Positions 33,564 to 41,432 of a DNA stretch of 64,000 nt are shown in pieces (position 1 is the first letter of the stretch; every line of letters begins with the position of its first letter). Source of the DNA: Candidatus Hydrogenedentota bacterium (lineage in GTDB: Bacteria; Hydrogenedentota; Hydrogenedentia; Hydrogenedentales; SLHB01); the NCBI GenBank assembly GCA_903925285.1, contig CAIYET010001005.1, positions 9,703 through 73,702 on the forward strand. Reading direction: 5' to 3'. A program made the position numbers and the translations under genes. The notes below the pieces were generated by a model. It did not search any database and was not told the DNA's origin. It was given only the letters and a program-made list of their open reading frames with translations.

Positions 33564-33973
33564 ACCGGGGACAGGTCGAGCATGCGGAACGCCGCGCGCT
33601 GTCCCTGTTCGACGACTGGAACGATGTTACCGGCGTCTTCCTTCCCGGGATCAGCTACTACAACGAAGTGACCGGGTGCATTGAAGACGCCGTGCATGTC
33701 GGCATCCAAATGGCGCTGTACGGCAAGGTGAACATCAAGGACGGGAACGTGGTTCGCGGCGATTCAAGCTACGAGCCCGAGGCCCACGAGGTCCACGATG
33801 AGATTCCGCACCTGAAGGCGGTGCAAAGCTACCTGAAGAAGCTGGAAAGCGTCCTCGGGGATTCCATCGCGAAGAAAAACGATGTTGCCGCAAATGCAAC
33901 CATCGCGGCGGCCTACAACATCGTCTGCGATGCTTTGGAAGAGATAGCCGCGCTGGGGGTGAGCGATGCTTAA
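33560..33973 (+). CDS. hypothetical protein
   Basis: Internal ATG (MNRGQVEHAE) in frame with track ORF 33452..33973. Confidence 0.45.
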   Translation: MNRGQVEHAERRALSLFDDWNDVTGVFLPGISYYNEVTGCIEDAVHVGIQMALYGKVNIKDGNVVRGDSSYEPEAHEVHDEIPHLKAVQSYLKKLESVLGDSIAKKNDVAANATIAAAYNIVCDALEEIAALGVSDA

Positions 33974-34628
33974 TGTCTCGAAAGGGGATATGTACCCGTG
34001 GATCACGCACACTTGGAACACCATCAAGGGCGAGTGCCCCCACGGGTGTTCCTATTGCTACATGCACCGATTCGGCAAACAGCGGCCGGTTCGGTTCGAC
34101 CAGAAGGAAATGAAGACCATTCTCGGGCACGGCAATTTCATCTTCGTGGGGTCCTCGTGCGACATGTGGGCAAAGGACATTCCCGACGCATGGATAAGCG
34201 AAACGCTGGGCGAGTGCTGTCGCTGGTGCCTGAACGCCTACCTATTCCAGTCCAAAAACCCCGAGCGGTTCCGCGACTGGCAAGAAGCCATGCCGCCCGG
34301 GTCCACCCTCTGCACGACGATCGAGACGAACCGCTGGTATCCTGACAGGATGGTCAAAGCGCCCTTCCCGTGGGTCCGGGCTGACGCCATGGCCAGCCTT
34401 CAGGCGTTCAAACGTTACGTCACGATCGAGCCCATCATGGACTTCGACCTCTTGGAAATGGTGGAACTGATCGAGCGGTGCGAGCCCGAACAGGTCAACA
34501 TCGGGGCGGACACGGGGAACAATTCCCTGCCCGAGCCCCCGGCGGACAAGATCCTCGAACTCGTTGAAAGGCTGAAGACCTTTACCACGATCGCCCAGAA
34601 AAGAAACCTCGGGAGGCTATTGAAGTGA
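33966..34628 (+). CDS. Gp37/Gp68-family (DUF5131-like) protein with a CX3CX2C radical-SAM-type cluster motif
   Basis: THTWNTIKGECPHGCSYCYM (Cx3Cx2C), then IFVGSSCDMWAKDIP and LFQSKNPERF. This parallels the WNPxxGC...CxxCYA / FVxSMSDLF / ILTKRPERM layout of phage Gp37/Gp68 proteins. Confidence 0.55.
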   Translation: MLNVSKGDMYPWITHTWNTIKGECPHGCSYCYMHRFGKQRPVRFDQKEMKTILGHGNFIFVGSSCDMWAKDIPDAWISETLGECCRWCLNAYLFQSKNPERFRDWQEAMPPGSTLCTTIETNRWYPDRMVKAPFPWVRADAMASLQAFKRYVTIEPIMDFDLLEMVELIERCEPEQVNIGADTGNNSLPEPPADKILELVERLKTFTTIAQKRNLGRLLK

Positions 34629-34801
34629 CGGAAGACGAATTGAACGAAGCTCTTGAGCAAGCGAAGAAAATAGCCTCGGGGCAAGTGACCGATGGCATGG
34701 TGATCCGCCGGACCGTCCGGCTCCTGCTTGTGGCCATAGCCGACCTGAAGAAGCCGGCGAAGGTTCGCATCGTGGACGTAATGGACGGCGGCGGCCCCTG
34801 A
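34625..34801 (+). CDS. possible 58-aa protein (below the ORF-track cutoff)
   Basis: GTGA overlap with the upstream stop. Hand-translated as VTEDELNEALEQAKKIASGQVTDGMVIRRTVRLLLVAIADLKKPAKVRIVDVMDGGGP. Confidence 0.3.
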   Translation: MTEDELNEALEQAKKIASGQVTDGMVIRRTVRLLLVAIADLKKPAKVRIVDVMDGGGP

Positions 34802-34876
34802 CGGGGTAGGTGCAGGGCGCGACTAGGGGGATATTGTAAGCCAATTCCCCCCGTGGTATCCTTGCAAAGGACGAAC

Positions 34877-35332
34877 ATGAACGAAGAAACGGTGAAGGGG
34901 TCGAGCATGAGCATGATAGATATCATCGGTATCACCGAATTTGAAATACAGGATAAGGTCTACACTGACATGGACCTTGAGCGCATGACGATCGACGAGT
35001 TGGAAGACCTGAAGATCAAGGTTGACGCCGCCACGGTCGATCTGGGGACGAGGGTGGAAGCCCGGGAACAAGTCTCCCCGGAACAAATGGAGCGGGGCGA
35101 GATTCCCGAAGAGCCTTTCAAGGTGTGGCACTCGCGCTCCAAGGGCATCCTCGCGCAGTACCGCCGATTCGTCCCCTACCTATCCAGCCTGATACGCCGC
35201 CGCCGGCGCGCCGCCAAGTCCATCGAATCCTATTTCATGGACGTTGCCCGGGACACGATGGAGACGGAAGACTTCGGATTCATCCTGCTTGAGGCCAAGG
35301 CCCGGCAGGAAAAAGAAAAAAATATCGGTTGA
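34877..35332 (+). CDS. hypothetical protein
   Basis: ATG (MNEETVKGSS) in frame with track ORF 34853..35332. Acidic, coiled-coil-like, with an RRRRRAAK patch. Confidence 0.45.
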   Translation: MNEETVKGSSMSMIDIIGITEFEIQDKVYTDMDLERMTIDELEDLKIKVDAATVDLGTRVEAREQVSPEQMERGEIPEEPFKVWHSRSKGILAQYRRFVPYLSSLIRRRRRAAKSIESYFMDVARDTMETEDFGFILLEAKARQEKEKNIG

Positions 35333-35357
35333 CAGCGTTCCGTAGGGGGCGTACTAT
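35329..35357 (+). promoter_or_regulatory. sigma70-type promoter P4 (TTGACA-17-TACTAT)
   Basis: Preceded by GAAAAAGAAAAAAATATCGG (A-tract). Lies upstream of CDS 35398 (AAGGAG RBS). Confidence 0.55.
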
Positions 35358-35397
35358 TTCAACAGGGTTGTGAGGAACACTACCCGAAGGAGATTCA

Positions 35398-35799
35398 ATG
35401 TCGGATTACAAGGAAATCACGCTGGAAGGCCTGAACAATGGCCAACTCGGCGCGCTCTTCGACAGGGAGTTGGCAAAGGTCCTCGAAAACATCGCGGACC
35501 AGAACACTTCCGCAACCGCAACGCGAACAATCGTTCTCACGGTCAAGATGCGGCCGGAAGACGAGTCGCGCGAAGCCGTGAAGATCGAGGTAACAGGGGC
35601 TTCCAAGCTCGCCCCCGTGTCCCCCTCTCGGGCCTATGCGGTGCTTTCTTTCGACGGGGAAAGGGTCCGCGCCTACCAGAATGATCCGAAACAGGCCCTT
35701 CTCGAAGAGATTGCCGTAGCCGAGGCCAGAGCCAACGGCGGCGAGGTCAAGAACGTGGATTTTACGGGCAAGAAGCCCGTAATAGCAGGAGGGAGGTAG
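35398..35799 (+). CDS. hypothetical protein
   Basis: Strong RBS, 133 aa, no motif recognised. Confidence 0.5.
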   Translation: MSDYKEITLEGLNNGQLGALFDRELAKVLENIADQNTSATATRTIVLTVKMRPEDESREAVKIEVTGASKLAPVSPSRAYAVLSFDGERVRAYQNDPKQALLEEIAVAEARANGGEVKNVDFTGKKPVIAGGR

Positions 35800-35800
35800 C

Positions 35801-36547
35801 ATGGGACAGGGTGCAGGGTATGTCAAGGAAATGGAGCGGCTTGCCAATCAGGGCGTAGTGCTGGACGTGGACGGGAAGAAGTTTTCTTCCCTGTCCATGA
35901 AGCCCGTCTTCTACGAGCCCCGGCCCACACCGTTTCAGGTAAGGACGCTCTCGGCGCTCACCAAGTACCTGAAGAGCGCCGTAGATGATGGTGCAACACC
36001 TATCGGTGGCATGATAGTACAGGTTGTCTCCCCGGAAACGGTGACGGTATATTCTCCCCTTTACGGTGAAGACCGGGGGCGCGACAACTTCATCGTGGCC
36101 AAGACCGACGACGCCCGGTTCCCCTTTGGGAAGTGGCTTCCCATGGAGGGGTTCATCATCGCCGTCAATTCCCTCTTCGTGCAGACGACCGCGCGCGACG
36201 AACTCCTGCGCTACGTCGCCAGCATCAAGATGGAGAAGGAAAAGAAGATCGAGGACAACGGCGTAAGCCAGACGGCGAGCGTCCGCGTGGGCATGCGCGG
36301 CGGGCTCACGGAAGACAAGGTAGCCCCGGCGAAGTCCACCCTCAAGCCCTTCAGGACCTTCATCGAGGTCGACCAGCCGGCAAGCGAATTCGTCTTCAGG
36401 ATGCGCATGGAAGACGACGAGGTTGAACTTTCCCTCCACGAAGCCGACGGCGGCGTGTGGAAGCGCGATGCCATGGTGAACGTGGGCAAGTGGATCGAGG
36501 ACCAGTTTGATCCCAAAGTCGAAGGCTGTCCGCTGGTACTCTACTGA
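35801..36547 (+). CDS. hypothetical protein
   Basis: GGAGGGAGG RBS, 248 aa, no motif recognised. Confidence 0.5.
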   Translation: MGQGAGYVKEMERLANQGVVLDVDGKKFSSLSMKPVFYEPRPTPFQVRTLSALTKYLKSAVDDGATPIGGMIVQVVSPETVTVYSPLYGEDRGRDNFIVAKTDDARFPFGKWLPMEGFIIAVNSLFVQTTARDELLRYVASIKMEKEKKIEDNGVSQTASVRVGMRGGLTEDKVAPAKSTLKPFRTFIEVDQPASEFVFRMRMEDDEVELSLHEADGGVWKRDAMVNVGKWIEDQFDPKVEGCPLVLY

Positions 36548-36652
36548 TGGAAACTATGTCGCCCCGTTCTGTTCGGTCCTCTCCGGCGCGGGGCGGCATA
36601 CGGCCGTCGTTGACGGCGGTTCAATACACTTCTTCGAGGAGGTATCTGCATC

Positions 36653-37000
36653 ATGAAACTCACCTTTGTCTTTCTCCTGCTGATTCTCGGTATGGTCTTC
36701 GCCATGCCGGTAATCGCCTCCCCGCCCGGCGAACCGATCGCCGTCGCGATGGAGCAAACGCTTTACGTTTCGCCCCTGTCGGCGGTCTTCACCACTTCAC
36801 CACAAGTCGCCTTCCCGGGCTCGCCGACGGCCTTCGACTTCGTGTATACGAAGGCCTCCACCGAAGTTCTATCCTTCGCCGCGCTGGCTGTGCTGGCCGG
36901 CCTCTCAGCCATGGCGGGTCTTCCCACAAACGTCAGTACCCTACTGAAACGCAAACGAGGGCACGGCCGCGCTCGCGATCAGCCTGTGTTGCTCTGCTGA
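36653..37000 (+). CDS. secreted or membrane-anchored protein
   Basis: GAGGAGG RBS. Signal peptide MKLTFVFLLLILGMVFAMPVIASP. C-terminal hydrophobic helix (VLSFAALAVLAGLSAMAGL) followed by a basic tail KRKRGHGRAR. Confidence 0.5.
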   Translation: MKLTFVFLLLILGMVFAMPVIASPPGEPIAVAMEQTLYVSPLSAVFTTSPQVAFPGSPTAFDFVYTKASTEVLSFAALAVLAGLSAMAGLPTNVSTLLKRKRGHGRARDQPVLLC

Positions 37001-37025
37001 ACGAAGCAAGTGTTCGATCCTCTTC

Positions 37026-37058
37026 GCGGCCCCGGGGATGCTCTGGGGCCGCTTTGTT
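37026..37058 (+). terminator. rho-independent terminator candidate
   Basis: Stem GCGGCCCC / GGGGCCGC with an 11-nt loop, followed by TTTGTT. Lies 26 nt after the stop of CDS 36653..37000. Confidence 0.6.
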
Positions 37059-37301
37059 CCTTGACAAGGCGTGGCTCGGCATAGCCACACCCACCTTCAG
37101 TGGGACCATGGAAATAGGGACGCCGAATATCATGGGTTGCGGGTCCGACTCCCGCCCTTGTTGTACCGGCCCGTATGGGGCTGGGGTATTCTTCAGGAAG
37201 GGAATTCCAGTAAAGGCGAAACATCAGGCAGTCGAAAGACAAGCCACGGTCTTTTAATTCTGAATCGCACGGTTGCGGTGCATACCACCCCGCGACCGCA
37301 T

Positions 37302-37372
37302 TGACCGTTCGGCAAGCGGTAAGCCAGCGGGTTTTGGTCCCGCTATCAGGGGTTCGATTCCCTTACGGTCAA
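37302..37372 (+). tRNA. tRNA-Gln (anticodon UUG)
   Basis: Hand-folded cloverleaf. Acceptor TGACCGT/ACGGTCA, U8, D-arm GGC(A)-AGCGGTA-(A)GCC with G18G19. Anticodon stem GCGGG/CCCGC with loop TT-TTG-GT. 4-nt variable loop. T-arm AGGGG-TTCGATT-CCCTT. No encoded CCA. Confidence 0.85.
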
Positions 37373-37383
37373 TAGGGGGCTGT

Positions 37384-37506
37384 ATGAAAAATAGCTTCTG
37401 GTATTGGGCGGCCGATAACTTCCCGGCAATCGCGCTGGGGTTTGTCGCCATTGTAGGGTTCTTTCAGTATCGCCGGGACAGGAAGTCTCGCCGAAGGTTT
37501 CACTAA
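37384..37506 (+). CDS. possible 40-aa membrane microprotein
   Basis: ATG in frame with the tail of track ORF 37273..37506. MKNSFWYWAADNFPAIALGFVAIVGFFQYRRDRKSRRRFH has one TM helix and a basic tail. Confidence 0.3.
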   Translation: MKNSFWYWAADNFPAIALGFVAIVGFFQYRRDRKSRRRFH

Positions 37507-37515
37507 GGAGTCCGT

Positions 37516-37953
37516 ATGGGTTTTTTCGCAAAGGCAAAGGCCGTGAAGGAAGATCCTGAGCATGATATTATTCGCTTGTGCCGTGAAGCAGACCCCCAGC
37601 TAGAGCTTTTCCCGATGATAAAGGTATCCACCAAAGGCCGGACCCATGCCGAGGCCGCCTTGGCCTTCGACGCGGCCAACCCCCATGTATACCGCAACCT
37701 GAGAAAGCTGGCGCTCATAGTCATCCACTCCGGAAGGAAGAAGATCGGCATAAGCTACCTCTGGGAACGGCTCTGCTGGGACTATTACGTGAAGACTGAT
37801 CACCCCGAGAGCAAGTTCAAGCTGAATCATAATTACCGTGCTACCTATGCCCGGCTTCTGGCCGCCGGGGAGCCTGAATTGGAAAATGCTTTCTTTTTCA
37901 GGGAAATGAAGAGCATCGACGGTGGGCGGCGCATTATCGTCCAGATAAGGTAG
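37516..37953 (+). CDS. hypothetical protein
   Basis: AAGGAG RBS, 145 aa. Confidence 0.5.
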   Translation: MGFFAKAKAVKEDPEHDIIRLCREADPQLELFPMIKVSTKGRTHAEAALAFDAANPHVYRNLRKLALIVIHSGRKKIGISYLWERLCWDYYVKTDHPESKFKLNHNYRATYARLLAAGEPELENAFFFREMKSIDGGRRIIVQIR

Positions 37954-37961
37954 GGGGAACC

Positions 37962-38540
37962 ATGCAATCACGTCGCCTGAGAACCATACTTAACACCGCG
38001 CGGACCGTTGCCGATTTTGGAGAATACATAGCGGTCGGGTCTTACTTATGCCACGATCTTCTGAAGGTCAATAAAAAGACCCTGCGGCTGTCCTATGCTC
38101 TTGATGCCTTTCGCGAGGGAAGGAAGAGCATAACAAGCGAAGAAGTCGGGCGGATATGGGACAATCTCGCGGACTTGGCCAATTCCGGGGTATTGCAGGA
38201 AATAATCGCCGGGGTCGATGACATTCCCCCGGGCGAGCGTATTCCTGTCTTCTATCGTGACGATGAATCCTTTTCGATCAAGGAGTCCTATACCGATGCC
38301 CTTGGGTGGCCGAATACGACGTTCGACGGCCGGCTCATGTACGGAAATATGTACTTCAGGACAAGAGCCCTCGCTGTCGATGACGCCATAAAGGATATGG
38401 TGCTTCGGGTGCAGTACAGGACAGAGAGAATGGAGGAATTGGAGAAAGCAATGTCTGATATAAAGGCAGAACTCCAATCTACAAGAGATTTTCTATCTAG
38501 GCTATATCAAGAGCGCGGCGATGAAGGAGGAGCAAGGTGA
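37962..38540 (+). CDS. hypothetical protein
   Basis: AGGGGGAA RBS, 192 aa, lower GC than neighbours. Confidence 0.5.
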   Translation: MQSRRLRTILNTARTVADFGEYIAVGSYLCHDLLKVNKKTLRLSYALDAFREGRKSITSEEVGRIWDNLADLANSGVLQEIIAGVDDIPPGERIPVFYRDDESFSIKESYTDALGWPNTTFDGRLMYGNMYFRTRALAVDDAIKDMVLRVQYRTERMEELEKAMSDIKAELQSTRDFLSRLYQERGDEGGAR

Positions 38541-39019
38541 AGGACATCAACGTAGTGGTTCTGGTAGGACGGCTCACCCGGGACAGCGAATTGAAGTACA
38601 CGAACTCGGGCATGGCCATCGCCCGGTTCTCGATCGCGGTCAATCGGTCGGTCAAGCGCGGCGAAGAGTGGGAGGACGAGGCTTCGTTCTTCGACGTGGA
38701 CCTGTGGGGGAAACAGGCGGAGGGCGTAAACCGCTACCTCTTGAAGGGGCAACAGATCGCCCTCGATGGGGAACTCAGGCAGGACCGATGGGAACAGGAC
38801 GGCCAGAATCGGAGCAAGGTCGTCATCACGGCCTCCAATGTCCGGCTCATGGGCTCGAAGCCGGCGGAAGGCGGCCAAGCCCCCGCCCCGCGACAGGAAG
38901 CCCCGGCGGCCGGCCATAGCGCCCAGCCCCCGCTCGCGGCCGCCCCCAGAGCGACGGCACCGGCCCAGCCGCCCATAACCGCAGGTGACACCTTCGAGGA
39001 TGACATCCCTTTTAATTAA
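38537..39019 (+). CDS. ssb: single-stranded DNA-binding protein
   Basis: GTG after AAGGAGG. OB-fold signature NVVVLVGRLTRDSELKYTNSGMAIARFSIAVNR...FFDVDLWGKQAE. Pro/Ala-rich linker and an acidic tip FEDDIPF. Confidence 0.9.
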   Translation: MKDINVVVLVGRLTRDSELKYTNSGMAIARFSIAVNRSVKRGEEWEDEASFFDVDLWGKQAEGVNRYLLKGQQIALDGELRQDRWEQDGQNRSKVVITASNVRLMGSKPAEGGQAPAPRQEAPAAGHSAQPPLAAAPRATAPAQPPITAGDTFEDDIPFN

Positions 39020-39070
39020 GGCCCCGATGCTATAGAATAGTGTCGGGGCCAATGCCCTAAAGGGTAGAAA

Positions 39071-39490
39071 ATGGAAAAGAAGTGTTTTAAGTGTGGTTTG
39101 ATTCTTCCGATTGAAGAATTTTATGCCCATCCTGAAATGAAGGATGGGCATCTTAATAAATGTAAAGAATGTACTAGACAGGATGTACGGGTCCGCAGGA
39201 TAGGGAACCCCGGAAAGTTAAGGGATTATGAAGTTGGTAGAAGCAGTAACCCAGATAGAAAAGCATATCAGAAAGACCGCTGTAAAAGGATACGAGAGAA
39301 TAGACCGGATAGATATAGGGCTCAAACCGCCGTGAACAACGCTGTTCGCGATGGTAGAATAATAAAGCCAAATATATGTGAAATATGTAATTGTATATGC
39401 AAGCCATTGGCACATCATGACGATTATTCAAAGCCCTTGAAGGTTTTGTGGGTATGTCCGAAATGCCATAGAGATATCCATCATGGATAG
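39071..39490 (+). CDS. HNH endonuclease
   Basis: Zn-ribbon CFKCG...CKEC near the N terminus. C-terminal CEICN...LAHHDDYSKPLKVLWVCPKCHRDIH is a typical phage HNH core. The gene is markedly AT-rich. Confidence 0.8.
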   Translation: MEKKCFKCGLILPIEEFYAHPEMKDGHLNKCKECTRQDVRVRRIGNPGKLRDYEVGRSSNPDRKAYQKDRCKRIRENRPDRYRAQTAVNNAVRDGRIIKPNICEICNCICKPLAHHDDYSKPLKVLWVCPKCHRDIHHG

Positions 39491-39509
39491 GTCTTGGATT
39501 ATCCCCCCT

Positions 39510-39537
39510 TTGCAATTCAACTTCCCTGACTTATAAT
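39510..39537 (+). promoter_or_regulatory. sigma70-type promoter P5 (TTGCAA-16-TATAAT)
   Basis: Perfect -10 and a good -35 in the AT-rich gap upstream of the portal gene. Confidence 0.55.
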
Positions 39538-39585
39538 CTGGTCGGGGAAGTTTTATTTTTATCTAATTCCTTTTATGGAGGGGCT

Positions 39586-41301
39586 ATGCCCAGAACTTCT
39601 TTCGGGAAGGATGAACTTCTCGGATATCTTCAGAAAGCCAGAATAGTCAAACCCGCCCCCGCCGCCATGATCCCCAATCTCCCCGAGGGATATGATGAAG
39701 GGCGCATAGCCGAAGCCCCTGCCGGCGTCCAGCCCATGCGATCCGTGGTTCTGAACCCCGCAAGCCGCCTTTGGGGGTGGCGTGGAAAGCAAACGATACA
39801 GCCGAACCGCCATATCGAATACGCGGTCCTGCGGAAGATCGCCGAAAAGGCTTGGCTCATCAACACCATCATCACGCACCAGCAGAACAAGATTCGCCCA
39901 TTCCTGAAGCCGACTACCGATGAAAACACGCGAGGGTTCCAGCTACGCGCGAAAGACCCCGACGTGGTGCCCAACGATGCCCAAAAGAAGAGAATGAAGG
40001 ATCTCCAAAACTTCATCCTCAAGACCGGCTGGGGACCGGACCCCGAGCGGCGCGACGATTTCGTCCACTTCGGCATGAAGTTCGTTCGAGACTACCTTTC
40101 CATCGACCAGATAGCGACAGAGCTTCAGTACACCGTCGGGAAGAGGATTTTCGCCTATTGGGCCGTGGACCCGGCGACGATCATCCGGTGTACCGAAAAG
40201 GGCTACGAGGGCATGGATGCCGTCCGGTACGTCCAAGAAATCGACATGATCCCGACGGCCTACTACACTGACGACGACCTTGTATTCGACTTTGGCAACC
40301 CCCGGAGCGATATCGACCATGCCGGATACGGCTATTCCCTGACGGAACAGGCCATCGACCTGATTCTGGCGCAGATCAACTCATTCTGGTACAACGCTTC
40401 GGCGCTCACGGAAGACAACCTTCCGCGCGGCATGCTCCTGATGAACGGCGATTCCGACCTTGAAACCGTCGAGGCCATCGAGGAGTACCTCGTCGACCTC
40501 ATGTCCAGCGGCCCCGGGGCGAAGTGGAAGATACCCATAATCCCCTCGGGCATGGTCGGCGGCGGAGAGAACAGCAAGAAAGCGATGGAGTGGGTCCCCT
40601 TCAGGCAGAACAACAAAGACATGGAATTCGTCGAGTGGATCGACCATCTATGGTCCTCCGTCGGGGCTCTGTTCGGCGTGGACCTTGAAGAGCTTGGAAT
40701 CCGGTCGAAGAAGACCGGACCCGTAATGAACGATAACGTTACGCCGCGCATCGAGGAATCCAAGAGCCGGGGCCTGTCCTCGATCCTGTCCGTCCTCGAA
40801 TCCCACATGCAGAAGATCATCGACAAGACGGGCGATGATTGGATCGACTTTGAATTCTTGGGGTATGAGCGCGACGACCCCAAGGCGAAGGGCGATCAAC
40901 TCACAATGGAGCTTTCGACCTACCGCACTATCGACGAAATTAGAAGGGAAAAGGACCTGCCGGCGTTTAACGAGGATTGGTCGAAGATTCCGATGAACGC
41001 TTCTGTGGTTCAAATGAAGATGGCTGAAATGCAGAACGCGGCCATGGCCGGCGGCGGGATGCCCGGGCAAGGCCCCGAGGGCGATCAAGGCTACAAGGAT
41101 ATGGCGTTCGGCGGGGAAGAGGGCGGCCCCGAGGGCGCGCAGGGCGGTGGCGACGGCTGGGACGATCAAGGCGCGGGTGCAGAGAGCGCAAAGGGCGCGC
41201 AGGGCGGTTGGGGCGACCCGGGCGCGAAGAACGCATGGGAAGGCGAAGGCGAGAAGGTTGAAAAGTCCCTGCACGGTGACATTGTTGAAATAATCATATA
41301 A
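39586..41301 (+). CDS. portal protein
   Basis: GGAGGGG RBS, 571 aa. The central and C-terminal layout resembles HK97-type portals (DHLWSSVGALFGVDLEELG is like the RxFGVPxxLLG segment). Gly/acidic-rich tail. Followed by the MuF-like gene. Confidence 0.7.
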   Translation: MPRTSFGKDELLGYLQKARIVKPAPAAMIPNLPEGYDEGRIAEAPAGVQPMRSVVLNPASRLWGWRGKQTIQPNRHIEYAVLRKIAEKAWLINTIITHQQNKIRPFLKPTTDENTRGFQLRAKDPDVVPNDAQKKRMKDLQNFILKTGWGPDPERRDDFVHFGMKFVRDYLSIDQIATELQYTVGKRIFAYWAVDPATIIRCTEKGYEGMDAVRYVQEIDMIPTAYYTDDDLVFDFGNPRSDIDHAGYGYSLTEQAIDLILAQINSFWYNASALTEDNLPRGMLLMNGDSDLETVEAIEEYLVDLMSSGPGAKWKIPIIPSGMVGGGENSKKAMEWVPFRQNNKDMEFVEWIDHLWSSVGALFGVDLEELGIRSKKTGPVMNDNVTPRIEESKSRGLSSILSVLESHMQKIIDKTGDDWIDFEFLGYERDDPKAKGDQLTMELSTYRTIDEIRREKDLPAFNEDWSKIPMNASVVQMKMAEMQNAAMAGGGMPGQGPEGDQGYKDMAFGGEEGGPEGAQGGGDGWDDQGAGAESAKGAQGGWGDPGAKNAWEGEGEKVEKSLHGDIVEIII

Positions 41302-41432
41302 AGGGGCGGCCATGTTGCTTTATCTGGCGGTGCGCCGGCCGCCTATGCGGCATGGATGGATATTTTAGATGAAGTTATAGAGCGTTCCGGGGAGTTCCCA
41401 TGGGAAGCTCACGAAGAAGGGGAGGTCCGATA

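Noticed and set aside
37061-37090. TTGACA at 37061 as a seventh promoter
   Set aside because: There is no acceptable -10 hexamer at 16-18 nt spacing (GCCACA / TAGCCA).
37063-37163. Second tRNA gene upstream of tRNA-Gln
   Set aside because: A cloverleaf can be drawn, but U8, U33 and U55 are all replaced. The anticodon stem has an A-A mismatch, and the extra arm is 33 nt. It is not reported as a tRNA feature and appears only as a low-interest note pending tRNAscan-SE/Infernal.
36547-37257. 236-aa + strand ORF
   Set aside because: It overlaps the well-supported signal-peptide gene 36653..37000 in another frame. It runs through a terminator hairpin and the tRNA-like region, and its translation is Arg/Pro/Ser-rich.
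39020-39050. Hairpin GGCCCCGA-15 nt-TCGGGGCC after ssb as a terminator
   Set aside because: The stem is good, but the loop is large and no T-tract follows. It is noted only as a possible boundary of the HNH insertion.
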